The position numbers and the translations under genes are program-made. Source: a virus. Taken from it: a DNA stretch of 64,000 bases. Shown here piece by piece: positions 36,573 to 46,200 of the stretch. The first letter of the stretch is position 1. Each line of letters begins with the position of its first letter. The DNA lies in the IMG/VR virus record IMGVR_UViG_3300047408_000067, positions 1 through 64,000 of that record; one strand, given 5' to 3'. The notes under the pieces were generated by a model. The model was not told where the DNA came from. It searched no databases and worked only from the letters and a program-made list of their open reading frames with translations.

Positions 36573-37599
36573 TCTGTCCTCGCATCTTCACTGCCGCTTC
36601 TAGCAGACGTGCCAGCTTGGGTTCGCGTTCCAGCTTGTTGAGGAAGGCCAAGCGCATCGCAGGTGGTGTCCACTTGGTACCGTAGCGGAGGCCAGTTTGT
36701 TCTACTACACCGACTTCCAGCCCTAGTTGTAGTAGTTCGCTGTATCGATCCACCGCACGTAGCTCGAAAAGGTACCGGAAAGAACCGTCTCTTTCCGCGT
36801 TCGCGCCCGTTTTGTCCTTCTCAACGCGGACCCGTACGACACGTCCAATAGTACCATCTTTCTCAACGACCTTACCGTTTTCAACTTTGCGGGTCTTTCC
36901 TTTGATTGCCTCACCCTTTCGAAAATCGACACGTTGAGAAGCAAAGAAACCAAACGCTCTTCCACCGACGGGTTTTTCTGGGTTGCCATAGTGAACCCCG
37001 ACGTTTTCTCGCACCTGGTTTATCAAGACGACAGCAGTTCCGCCAGAGTTTACAGCGTTCCACTTGCGCGCCATCTTGCTGGTTAGCTTCCCCATTTTAC
37101 CCATTTGGGAAGCCTCTGCGGATTCCTCCAGCTCGTCCTTTGGTACCAGTGCGGCTATACTGTCCACCCCAACTACTTCGAATTTACCTGAGCGTATGAG
37201 TGTCTCACCAACATCGATTATCTCCTCGCCCACTTCCAGGTCGCCAACCATAGTGAGCGCGCTCAGGTCTATTCCCAGGCGGGCCGCGTGCAGAGGATCG
37301 AAGCTATGCTCCGCATCCATCAAGGCGCAGTTGAGTCCCGCCTGCTGTGCCAGCGCTATTGTCCTGTACAAGGCATGACTCTTCAGGGCTGCATACTGGC
37401 CGTAGAATTCGGTTATACGACCCAATGCGATCCCGCCACCCAAGAGAAAATCCAGAGTCAGTATCCCAGTCGAGATTCTCCGGATCTGGAACTTCGGGTC
37501 CGATGCGCGGAAGAGCACCTGCTTCCCGAACCTCTTCTGCAATATCGTCTGCACTTCCGCTAGTTGTGTGGGCGCAAGTGTGGCAGACTTCGACTTCAT
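36562..37599 (-). CDS. recA: RecA-family recombinase
   Basis: ISTGILTLDFLLGGG, GRITEFYG, DAEHSFD, VDSIAALVPK, INQVRE, GGRA. Confidence 0.92.
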   Translation of the reverse strand: MKSKSATLAPTQLAEVQTILQKRFGKQVLFRASDPKFQIRRISTGILTLDFLLGGGIALGRITEFYGQYAALKSHALYRTIALAQQAGLNCALMDAEHSFDPLHAARLGIDLSALTMVGDLEVGEEIIDVGETLIRSGKFEVVGVDSIAALVPKDELEESAEASQMGKMGKLTSKMARKWNAVNSGGTAVVLINQVRENVGVHYGNPEKPVGGRAFGFFASQRVDFRKGEAIKGKTRKVENGKVVEKDGTIGRVVRVRVEKDKTGANAERDGSFRYLFELRAVDRYSELLQLGLEVGVVEQTGLRYGTKWTPPAMRLAFLNKLEREPKLARLLEAAVKMRGQSGD

Positions 37600-37717
37600 A
37601 GACCACCTTCTTCAGTTGCTCTTCCGTGCGGGGTTCTAGACACGTGAAGCAGCGATGCAGTGGCGCAACTGCTCTGCGCTTCCTCAGAAAATCTAACATC
37701 ATCAGTACATTCCTCCT

Positions 37718-40700
37718 CTACTTCGGTATCGGGTACTTCGCATCTTCGAACACAATGCTGTTCCTGTCAACTTGTCGCTTGCCATACACCAGAACGACTC
37801 GTCCTTTGAACAGATTAGCGCCATGTTGTTCCCACCATTTCGGAAACACCACCACGTCCCAGGTACCCAACCCGTCGTATTTGACCTGGACGAAACCCAT
37901 CTTGTAACCATTCTTCGTAGTGATTTCACGTACCCTATCCACTTGCCCGCCAACCCAACACCATTTATCCTGAGAGCTTGTTAGGGACTTCAGGTTCAAG
38001 GGCCTGCGAACCTTGCGGTCTAGAACAACGCGGTATTGATCTATGGGGTGGCTAGTCACATACGTACCCAAAAGTTCAAGCTCGGTTTGTCCTCGGTCTT
38101 CGTCTCCCTGTGTGCCAATGGTTTCAAAGGCACCTACTCTGCGTAATAGTTCAATGACGCGGACGTTGCATCTTCGTCGTGTTACTGTCCTCCTCAAATG
38201 TTCCTCGGAGGTGAATGGCCTGTTCTCTACTAGCTCAGCGCAGGCTGTAACCCCTACACCCTTTATAGCAGTCAGGCCGTAGCGGATGCCACGTTTACCT
38301 TCCACGACAAATCCTGAACCTGACTTGTTTACGTCGGGTGGAAGGAAGCTAAGTCCAAAGAATAACTTCGCCTCGTCTATGTAGACAGGGTAGTCATCCT
38401 TATTGGCATAGCTCAGCAGGGTACAGAAAAACTGTGCTGGATAGTGTGTCTTGAGCCACGCTGTCTGGTACGCTAGTTTCGCGTATGCTGTCGCGTGGGC
38501 GCGGTTGAAGCCGTACCCTCGGTAGTTCCATATCATGTCCCATATCTTTGTGGCTATTTCTAGGGTGCAACCGTTGTGCAATGCCCCTTGGGCTGCTCCC
38601 TTGGATTTGCCACTGAGCTTGTCGTAGAGTTCGCCCCCATTGAAGAACAGTGGCTTGAGTTCGTCCCATATGTCACCCTTCTTATACTTGATGGCCTCTT
38701 TCAGCTCGTCTACAAGGTGGTGATCGAATCCTCCGATTTGAAGTCCAATCTCCATGACTTGTTCCTGATATAGAACAACCCCCTGCGGTAAGATACGCCT
38801 GAGCCGTTTGTCTGGTAGCCTACGCCTGAGGTCTGTAGTTGCACCATCACGGCCTTCTCTATACTGCTCCACGAACTGGTTAGCACCACCGCGCCCGAGG
38901 GCCATGACAGCAATAAGGTCCTCAAAGCTCTGGAGTTGTAAATCTCGAACAACCTGCCTGGAAGTACCACCTTCAACCTGGAATACTCCCGAGCACGCAC
39001 CTCTATTGAGAGTGGCCCAAACCGCTGGATCCTCGTACTCATACATCTCCGCAAATGGATCTTCCCCTATCAGATCAATGCAGTCTTGTATGACATCCAG
39101 TGTAGTCAGGCTCAGGATATCAAACTTCACCACACCTAGCCGCTTGAGACCGTCCATATCATACTGAGTCACTACAGCCGCTTGACCACGCCCCTGTCCA
39201 CGCCCAACCATCATCGTTGGGACCAGTTTGCGTAGGTCGAACGCTTGGTCTGCAATAACTATGCCAGCAGCATGCTTGCCTTCGCCTGTGATGAGGTCCT
39301 GAGCTGTCGTAGCCCACTCATAAAAGCTAGGGTAACTAACCATAGCCCCCTTTAGTACAGGGTGTAGATGCTCGTCTTGAAGCAGTTCCTTTAGGTCGCC
39401 ACTAGCCTTCAGGTTGACGATGAGTGCTGCATCTGGCAGAGACTTACTTGCCGCAAATTGCTCGTTGCGCGGATACCCCAACGCCCCCAGGATGCGTTGT
39501 ACTGTGCTCCGTGGGCCACCCCTGCCGAACGTACCTACTCGTTGGGATTGGTACGGTGCTTGATTATATCTGCTAAGTAGGTATTTGACGACTTCTTCGA
39601 TCCTGCTGTGCGGGAAATCAACATCGAAGTCCGGGAGGCTTGGGCGCGCCGGATTGAGAGCACGCTCAAACATAAGATCATACCGCACAGGATCCACATC
39701 AACAATGCCCATAAGATAGGCTGCGAGTACCCCCGCCATACTGCCACGGCCAGGGCCGACACGAATCCCACGAGACCTAGCCCAATCAATATAGTCGCGA
39801 ACAATAAGAAACTCTTCTTCGAACGTACTGCCGAAGATGACGCCAAGCTCGTATTGTAGACGAGTCCGGTACGTCTCAATATCCTTTGCCAGCCCTCCAC
39901 GTCTCTCCAGCACTCGCAACCTCTTTTCGCAGATTGCGCGCATATAGTCAGCAGACGATACTTCCGTATTCTCTCTTGGAGCAACTGGGATGTGCCAGCT
40001 TCTTTGCTCCAGTTCTGGGATACTGAGCTGTATATCGTCTGTGTACTCTCGTATAGTGCGCTGGCTAGCTGCCCATACTGCGGGTTGGTCTGCCCAGAGT
40101 GCTCGCATTTCAGACGTTGTTTTGAGATGATATCCTGAGCCATCAAAGTGGAATCTGGTCGAATCCCTCCAAAGGGACATCGTCTGGCATGCCAGCCATA
40201 TGTCGTGTACCGAATGGTGCGATGCTTCAACGTAATGGCTGTCGTTGGTGATGACCAGTGGGAACCCGTACTTGTCGTGCCACCTGATAAGCCTGTTGTT
40301 GACCTTCTCCTGGTCATCGTTAGCCCGCCTGTCGCCAGTGTTCTTCAGGTTATAGTCATGCCGCTGTAGCTCGAGATAGAAGTACGGGAACAGTTCCCTG
40401 AAATACTGAGCATACTGGAGGGCCGTAGCGTTCTGGTTGGCTAGGATTAGCTGCGGTATTGGACCATTGAGACAAGTCGAGCTGGCGATAAGGTGTCGTC
40501 GGTCTTTCCGCGGTATTGCTTCCAGCGTACTATAATCGACACGAGGCTTATAATAGAAGTGGCTAGGATCGTTCGCGGTACTGCTAAGTTCGCACAGTAC
40601 CTCGTACCCTCGTCTGTCACGAGCAAGCAGTACCAGATGGTGCCGCCTAGGACCCTCTTTCTTGCCGGTCTCAGGATCAACTGTTCTGGTACGGTCAGTA

Positions 40701-40921
40701 CAGTCATCGCAAAGATAGAATTCCTGCCCCACAATAGGTCGAACGTCAGCCTTTCGGCACGCCTGGTAAAACTCAGGAACTCCAGACATGCGTCCATGAT
40801 CTGTAATTGCGAGAGCTGACTGCCCATCATCTTTGGCTTTCTGGACCAGATCCGGTATGCGTGATAGCCCGTCTAGCACGCTATACTCTGTGTGGTTGTG
40901 TAGGTGAACGTATTTACTCAT
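37718..40921 (-). CDS. dnaE: DNA polymerase III alpha subunit
   Basis: MSKYVHLHNHTEYSVLDG PHP start, GPGRGS, PDFDVDF, KFDILSL, YGFNRAHA, C-terminal OB fold; start set at 40921. Confidence 0.96.
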   Translation of the reverse strand: MSKYVHLHNHTEYSVLDGLSRIPDLVQKAKDDGQSALAITDHGRMSGVPEFYQACRKADVRPIVGQEFYLCDDCTDRTRTVDPETGKKEGPRRHHLVLLARDRRGYEVLCELSSTANDPSHFYYKPRVDYSTLEAIPRKDRRHLIASSTCLNGPIPQLILANQNATALQYAQYFRELFPYFYLELQRHDYNLKNTGDRRANDDQEKVNNRLIRWHDKYGFPLVITNDSHYVEASHHSVHDIWLACQTMSLWRDSTRFHFDGSGYHLKTTSEMRALWADQPAVWAASQRTIREYTDDIQLSIPELEQRSWHIPVAPRENTEVSSADYMRAICEKRLRVLERRGGLAKDIETYRTRLQYELGVIFGSTFEEEFLIVRDYIDWARSRGIRVGPGRGSMAGVLAAYLMGIVDVDPVRYDLMFERALNPARPSLPDFDVDFPHSRIEEVVKYLLSRYNQAPYQSQRVGTFGRGGPRSTVQRILGALGYPRNEQFAASKSLPDAALIVNLKASGDLKELLQDEHLHPVLKGAMVSYPSFYEWATTAQDLITGEGKHAAGIVIADQAFDLRKLVPTMMVGRGQGRGQAAVVTQYDMDGLKRLGVVKFDILSLTTLDVIQDCIDLIGEDPFAEMYEYEDPAVWATLNRGACSGVFQVEGGTSRQVVRDLQLQSFEDLIAVMALGRGGANQFVEQYREGRDGATTDLRRRLPDKRLRRILPQGVVLYQEQVMEIGLQIGGFDHHLVDELKEAIKYKKGDIWDELKPLFFNGGELYDKLSGKSKGAAQGALHNGCTLEIATKIWDMIWNYRGYGFNRAHATAYAKLAYQTAWLKTHYPAQFFCTLLSYANKDDYPVYIDEAKLFFGLSFLPPDVNKSGSGFVVEGKRGIRYGLTAIKGVGVTACAELVENRPFTSEEHLRRTVTRRRCNVRVIELLRRVGAFETIGTQGDEDRGQTELELLGTYVTSHPIDQYRVVLDRKVRRPLNLKSLTSSQDKWCWVGGQVDRVREITTKNGYKMGFVQVKYDGLGTWDVVVFPKWWEQHGANLFKGRVVLVYGKRQVDRNSIVFEDAKYPIPK

Positions 40922-41306
40922 GGGGCCAAGACGCTGCTTCCTCTTGCGTAGCATCACGAGACGGTGCCTTGGTTGCTCTACTTTGGCTGCCGCCCATAGT
41001 ATATTGTACCTTATCGCCACCTGCGGATGCACACCTGTACGCATGAGGCATCGGGACCTGCTCGTCCAAGAACATCCACGCACTGCACTCCACGCAGGCA
41101 GCAGATGGACGCACTAGATTCTGGTGGCTCACTGACTCAGTACCAATTTGCAGATACTGAAGGCAGTGGTTACACCAGATCTTACCCTTGGGGGCGTCTT
41201 CTCTTGGCTGGAGTATACTTCCTGGGGTGTATCTTTCGTGCAGCAAGTAGCTCCCTGGCTTGTTCATTATCACTGGTAAGAAAGAGTCCTGTTGTGGGAT
41301 CGACAT
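40914..41306 (-). CDS. Zn-binding hypothetical protein
   Basis: CNHC...CVEC; start uncertain. Confidence 0.4.
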   Translation of the reverse strand: MSIPQQDSFLPVIMNKPGSYLLHERYTPGSILQPREDAPKGKIWCNHCLQYLQIGTESVSHQNLVRPSAACVECSAWMFLDEQVPMPHAYRCASAGGDKVQYTMGGSQSRATKAPSRDATQEEAASWPHE

Positions 41307-41382
41307 AGCCCTCTATTCCTCGCGCTTTTAGTTGCTGGTCAACGAACTCGGACGGTAACATCAAGCCATTGGGAGTAGGCAT
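41182..41382 (-). CDS. Hypothetical protein
   Basis: MPTPNGLML...; TGATG coupling. Confidence 0.55.
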   Translation of the reverse strand: MPTPNGLMLPSEFVDQQLKARGIEGYVDPTTGLFLTSDNEQARELLAARKIHPRKYTPAKRRRPQG

Positions 41383-41741
41383 CACCACCCCCATCGCATA
41401 ACGGTAACCCAAGCGTAGGTTCCGTAAGCTTTCTCTACGTTCTCTATGCCCCATGCGTAGCTTGGTGCCCACACATCTACTTGGTACTTGCTGAGATAAC
41501 CAGTGTCTTCACACGTGACTACCCAATCGTCCTCTACGAATTTGAGCTGAGTACCAGCAGGAAAGTAGCTTCCGCAAGCCGCCGCACCGAGATGGGTTTG
41601 GTTGCCCCATCGCATCGTGCCACGGACATTATAGAACGTCAGTCGGACGTGTTCCTGCCACAAGCCTTCGTCATCTGCATGCGCTATAGGCGTGACTGCG
41701 GATAACATGATAGCGAGCAGGGCTGCGCGCAAAACTGCCAT
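41382..41741 (-). CDS. Secreted 3D-domain (MltA-like) cell-wall protein
   Basis: Signal peptide; TFY, PAGT, CEDTG, VDVW. Confidence 0.75.
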   Translation of the reverse strand: MAVLRAALLAIMLSAVTPIAHADDEGLWQEHVRLTFYNVRGTMRWGNQTHLGAAACGSYFPAGTQLKFVEDDWVVTCEDTGYLSKYQVDVWAPSYAWGIENVEKAYGTYAWVTVMRWGW

Positions 41742-41765
41742 GTAGGCAGTGTAACATTTCTGTAA

Positions 41766-42692
41766 CTAGGATGCAGGTGTGTACTTACGAGTAGCGGATC
41801 TACTAGGTGTGCCATCCGGATTGGCATGGTATCTGGCACGAGAGTACTTCTGGAACTCACACAGGGAGTGTTCTACGCCGCGCAGGGTCATCTGGTATCC
41901 TGGCCAGACTTGATGCCATTCAACCAGTCTATCAATCCCCTCAATAAAGGTCTCCTGCCTAGCCTGTAGAAACGCGATATAATCTTCCCATTTGATTCCA
42001 GAGTTACGCGCACCCCAGATCCAGAGAATCCCACGCTTACACCCAGGTCCGGCGTTGACCCAATCATTCTCACTAAAGTCCACAAGTCTAGAATAGTTGA
42101 CGTCAATGGCAAGCTCGTACGCCAAGAACCGCCCGAACCCTTGTGTGTCATTGAAGATCTGCCATACCTGTTTCAGCGACTTCGCAGACGTAATAGCCCG
42201 TAGTAGTGCTGGTGTTTGCTTTTGTAGCCTGCCCACTAGCCAGCAGATGTTCCTGATTTTGTCTGGAAAGCCACCAAACTTCACGCCAGTAACAGTAAAG
42301 GCATCCGTAAACACCCGACTGCCGTGATTCTCGTAGGCGTTTAGATATCTGGCTGCCCGCTCCCAATCCCAAGCTCCCCACCGTGTCATCTTGCAGCGCA
42401 ACCACAGGAACCTGAAGGTATCAATGTCGTTGAACAGTCTGTACACCATGATGGCGAACAGCATGTCTTTGTCATCCTGTATCCGCAGTATGTTGCGGAT
42501 GAGGAAGATGGTACCTTTGTCCAGTTCTCTGTAGACGTTGGTGAAGAAGTATTGCTTCAGTACAGGGTCGACAGTCCAAGGGGCTGGCATTTGGAGTTCC
42601 ATGCGTCTGTAGTAGATTGCTTGTCTTTCAACAACAAAGTTCCAGAACGCAGCCATCTTGTCTTGTCGGTAGGCAGGCAGTATGTTGGGCAT
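41766..42692 (-). CDS. 5-hmdU DNA kinase-like (aGPT-Pplase1 helical family)
   Basis: FVVERQAIYYRR...PWTVDPVLKQYFFTNVYRELDKGT, YRLFN, GFGRFLAYE, NAGPG, EHSLCEFQKY. Confidence 0.85.
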   Translation of the reverse strand: MPNILPAYRQDKMAAFWNFVVERQAIYYRRMELQMPAPWTVDPVLKQYFFTNVYRELDKGTIFLIRNILRIQDDKDMLFAIMVYRLFNDIDTFRFLWLRCKMTRWGAWDWERAARYLNAYENHGSRVFTDAFTVTGVKFGGFPDKIRNICWLVGRLQKQTPALLRAITSAKSLKQVWQIFNDTQGFGRFLAYELAIDVNYSRLVDFSENDWVNAGPGCKRGILWIWGARNSGIKWEDYIAFLQARQETFIEGIDRLVEWHQVWPGYQMTLRGVEHSLCEFQKYSRARYHANPDGTPSRSATRKYTPAS

Positions 42693-43711
42693 TAGATGAA
42701 TGCTAGATGGGACTTATCGTCCGCAAGCTCCTCGTTCATGACGTCGTGGTAGACGTGGAATCTGCAGTCATAGAAGTCACATTCTGGAATGATAACTCGC
42801 TGCATGGCTGCGCGGTGTGATTCACTATACCAGAGATCGCGGAATCCATTACCTCCATTTGTGGAGAGTGCGCCAATGGAGATATCCTCAATACGGTCCT
42901 GATAGTAACAGCACACCCACACTGTGCCGAGTGCGTCGATAACAGTGTGTAGCGGGGAAAGCCAACATTGTCCATTCTGATGAGTCTTAGCAATACCACC
43001 GAAGACTCTTCCAGGGTATCTAGCTCCAAGCTCCTGAATGGTATCTTGAATAGCCCGCTTGTCTTCCTCAGGTAGGAGTTCAGGATCGTCGTTGCAATGG
43101 CGCTTCGCCTTGATGCTAACGTAGTCAACTCCGGCATCTAGTATCTCCTCCGTGAGGTATTCGACTGCTGCCACACTGCTGCTACCAAGCAGGATTTTCC
43201 CACCAATCCTACAACTAGAGTTCCTACTATCACGTTCCTGGACAATTCGTCGAACGTTGTCCAGTTGGTTGACAGTATAAACAGAGACCCGAATGTAGCG
43301 GCTTCCAGCATAAGCCAGAACATGAACACAAGCATCTGGGCGGGTTCCGTTCGTGATCATCCCGAATTGGAGATTATTGCTAGCGACGATATCAACAAGA
43401 TCGCGAAACCTAGGGTGAAGAGTAGGTTCTCCACCTCCGGAAAACTCAAGGGACTCGCCGCCCATCTCGCTAAAATCACGAACGAAACTATCAAAGACGC
43501 TGACACCAAGGCTTGCAGGTCGTGCATTCTCAGCGTTAGAGATGCAGCCAAAACAGCGCATATTGCAACTGTACGTAGGATATACGATCGCCATTGTGGG
43601 GGCAACCATCTCATCGCGCTTGAGCTTGACCGCATCTTTGCGAAAGCTGAGTATCTTGGTGCGTAGATCTACTGGTGCGTATTGCGGAATCACCCGAATG
43701 CCTCCAACCAT
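42692..43711 (-). CDS. Radical SAM enzyme with SPASM/twitch domain
   Basis: CNMRCFGC, FSGGGEPTLHP, ITNG, C-terminal C...GTVWVCC...C..C. Confidence 0.9.
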   Translation of the reverse strand: MVGGIRVIPQYAPVDLRTKILSFRKDAVKLKRDEMVAPTMAIVYPTYSCNMRCFGCISNAENARPASLGVSVFDSFVRDFSEMGGESLEFSGGGEPTLHPRFRDLVDIVASNNLQFGMITNGTRPDACVHVLAYAGSRYIRVSVYTVNQLDNVRRIVQERDSRNSSCRIGGKILLGSSSVAAVEYLTEEILDAGVDYVSIKAKRHCNDDPELLPEEDKRAIQDTIQELGARYPGRVFGGIAKTHQNGQCWLSPLHTVIDALGTVWVCCYYQDRIEDISIGALSTNGGNGFRDLWYSESHRAAMQRVIIPECDFYDCRFHVYHDVMNEELADDKSHLAFI

Positions 43712-45153
43712 GCCCTTGCCACGCCGCTAACAAACTTCATCCATCTCCCGTCTTGTGTAGGTTGAGAAGACAAGACTTGCAGCAGGGCTTCGCTACCCAT
43801 AGCCGCAATTTCTGCCTGTGCCTCTTCCTCTAGTTCTTCTTCGTCTTCCTCTGGCTCAACGTCTGCCACTGCTAGTGCGGCGACTGGTATGTTTCGGGAA
43901 GTGAATACCTCTTGACGCTCAACCATTTCGATTTCAGGAATGGGATCATCACAGACGTTATCCCAAAAGCTAGGGCTAACGACACCAGGGTGATGTCCAT
44001 ACTCCAGTCCGTTTTCAAGGTGGTCGAGTATCGTTGCCGCGTGTACCCTGGCATCACTGTACTCCCGCACAAACTCGATTGCTCTGTAGGCTATGCGCCG
44101 TTGAAGGCGTACATCTGCCATCAATTCGTTGAGTCTTTCGGCGATGCCTTGAGAAGAAGGTGGTAGTCCCCACGTAACGTCGACCTGGGACAGCGGACTC
44201 CACCTGTGTTCTTGTACTCTTGTGGAGACGGCAGATACACAGCCATACAGCATGGCTTCGAGCATGACGCAGGACGTCTGGCCGTCGAACCTCTGTCCGC
44301 CAATAGAGCCGCTGAGATCCACGCTAACGTTATGCTGGCGATAAATACCAGGAAGTTCTGCTGGAAGCTGCGCCCCCCAATATTGGTGATCAGCTCGCCC
44401 ACGGCCACGGCGCTGAGCAACGTGGTCAAGACCAATGCCATCTTTCCAACCCGCACCCACCTTGTTCCTGGCATTATGGTACTCGATGCCAGCGTTGTAC
44501 AGATCAACAGGATACTCAATGTTGGGTAGGGCCTTGATGAACGGATAGATACCTTTCCATTTCTTCCATTGCGGCATCCAGCAAATTGCGCCAGTTTTGT
44601 CTGGTAAGCACAAACCCGCCTCTCTGGTATCTAGGGGGGTTGGCAGAAACACGAAGTGTCCGGGCAGCCTCGCCAGGGAGTCGTACTTGGATTGATAGCA
44701 CGTAAACATGTGAAGGCTCACCAAGTCCGACACTTGACGATACCACGGGTAGTAGCTGTCCCACAGGTTGTCGTGAATCATCACCATGATTGGCAGGCCC
44801 GCGTCGGCTGCTTCCTGATACAGCATCATCCACGACATATCACCAGTGTTGGACTTGATATCATGTGGGCATGGCAGCATGAACATGACCACGTCGTAGT
44901 CGCGCAGTAGTTGACGATACTGTCTCCTGGCCTCGTCTCCCTTGTAGGCCAGTTGCCTAGCGGGTAGCCTGTAGTACCTGTGGTTGACCATCGTAGGGGC
45001 GTCTGGACTAAGGCTGCGCACCTTACCTGCCCTGCTAGCCCAATAGTAGTCGAACGTGCAACCGATAGCCTCTAGACCATACTGCAACCCTTCGACTATG
45101 CGGTTTATCCCACCACGCTCTATGATTTCAAAGTCAATTACCAGGAATCTCAT
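43690..45153 (-). CDS. GT-B glycosyltransferase (probably DNA-acting)
   Basis: GGINR N-terminal loop, IHD, WKKWKG, MLEAMLYGC. Confidence 0.75.
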   Translation of the reverse strand: MRFLVIDFEIIERGGINRIVEGLQYGLEAIGCTFDYYWASRAGKVRSLSPDAPTMVNHRYYRLPARQLAYKGDEARRQYRQLLRDYDVVMFMLPCPHDIKSNTGDMSWMMLYQEAADAGLPIMVMIHDNLWDSYYPWYRQVSDLVSLHMFTCYQSKYDSLARLPGHFVFLPTPLDTREAGLCLPDKTGAICWMPQWKKWKGIYPFIKALPNIEYPVDLYNAGIEYHNARNKVGAGWKDGIGLDHVAQRRGRGRADHQYWGAQLPAELPGIYRQHNVSVDLSGSIGGQRFDGQTSCVMLEAMLYGCVSAVSTRVQEHRWSPLSQVDVTWGLPPSSQGIAERLNELMADVRLQRRIAYRAIEFVREYSDARVHAATILDHLENGLEYGHHPGVVSPSFWDNVCDDPIPEIEMVERQEVFTSRNIPVAALAVADVEPEEDEEELEEEAQAEIAAMGSEALLQVLSSQPTQDGRWMKFVSGVARAWLEAFG

Positions 45154-45695
45154 ACGGGTAGTTTATCACCTATTGGGGTCTGGTTCAAGGCGACTTCCTG
45201 CCGTATATCGATGTCCTGAACCTGGTACAGTAGATAGTCAGCAGCGGACTCGAGGCTGTCCAGCACTACAAGACTCATAGCCCGCCATGCCGCATAGTCT
45301 ACGATCCCGCCCGTGAGATCCACAGTGATAACAGGTTTGCCCCAAGCATAAGCAACACCGATTTCGTGAGCAGAGTCAATTGACGTGTATCCTGGGTAGA
45401 TGCAAGATAGCACAAAGTCACTATCGTGGATGAGACGTAGGTTGCGAGGAATGTAGAAGCCAGCTCTGCTGGTAGCCACCCCATCGCGATAAGCATTCGG
45501 GGCACGAGGATGAAGCCACAGTACACTACCAACGAGCCGATCGATATCCGCACGAGGGCGAGTATAATCCGGAGGGACTTTCTGCGCGGCCCATACGGCT
45601 CCAATGGTTTCACGTACCAGATCCCTGTACAGCGTCTCTAACTGGTGTCGCCATCCAACCTGCATAGTGCCCGACGTGTATGGGCTGACTATCAC
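45150..45695 (-). CDS. Nucleoside 2-deoxyribosyltransferase / NMP hydrolase-like
   Basis: YTSG, LIHDSDFV, SAHEIGVAYAWGKPVI. Confidence 0.8.
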   Translation of the reverse strand: MIVSPYTSGTMQVGWRHQLETLYRDLVRETIGAVWAAQKVPPDYTRPRADIDRLVGSVLWLHPRAPNAYRDGVATSRAGFYIPRNLRLIHDSDFVLSCIYPGYTSIDSAHEIGVAYAWGKPVITVDLTGGIVDYAAWRAMSLVVLDSLESAADYLLYQVQDIDIRQEVALNQTPIGDKLPV

Positions 45696-46141
45696 TCCTG
45701 CTTGTCCCTTCTATCGTCATCATCGTCGACGAAATTGAGACCAAACCACGCCAAGCACATCATGGTCCGGATAAGGACGTCGTAAAACGTGCCCGTCAGT
45801 TTGTCCTTATCCCACTTCATGACAGCGCCACTTTCGCTAGCAGAATCAAGACGGTACAGCTTGTCTTTCAGGTCTACCAATGCCGTGATAGGCCCATCTT
45901 TCTGCCACGCGTCTTTGTACTGCTGGTTTTTCTGATACACCAGCGTGTCGTAATCTATCAGCGCCATTGCTAACTGTGAATTGATCTCGGTCAGCCACAG
46001 TTGTGACTCATAGCGCTCGTCCGTCGGGTCTAGCCCAAGGACGTGCTCTGCGAACTGGTCCAGTAGCCACCCTTGCTTGATGTCTACCCGTTGCATGTCT
46101 GCTGGTGTAACGATCTTCACGATTGCCCTCCAGATAAACAA
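45692..46141 (-). CDS. DUF1599 / nucleotide-modification-associated all-alpha protein
   Basis: KNQQYKDAW..DG.....DLKDKLYRL. Confidence 0.65.
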   Translation of the reverse strand: MFIWRAIVKIVTPADMQRVDIKQGWLLDQFAEHVLGLDPTDERYESQLWLTEINSQLAMALIDYDTLVYQKNQQYKDAWQKDGPITALVDLKDKLYRLDSASESGAVMKWDKDKLTGTFYDVLIRTMMCLAWFGLNFVDDDDDRRDKQE

Positions 46142-46200
46142 ACGGGGCAGGTACCGTGCCTACCCACCCCGCTGTTTCCCACCCTATGTGCGGGTCTAGA

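Noticed and set aside
37718-41083. Intein or N-terminal extension in DnaE
   Set aside because: From MSKYVHLH the protein is ~1067 aa, a normal size with no intein motifs seen; the longer ORF-track start overlaps another ORF
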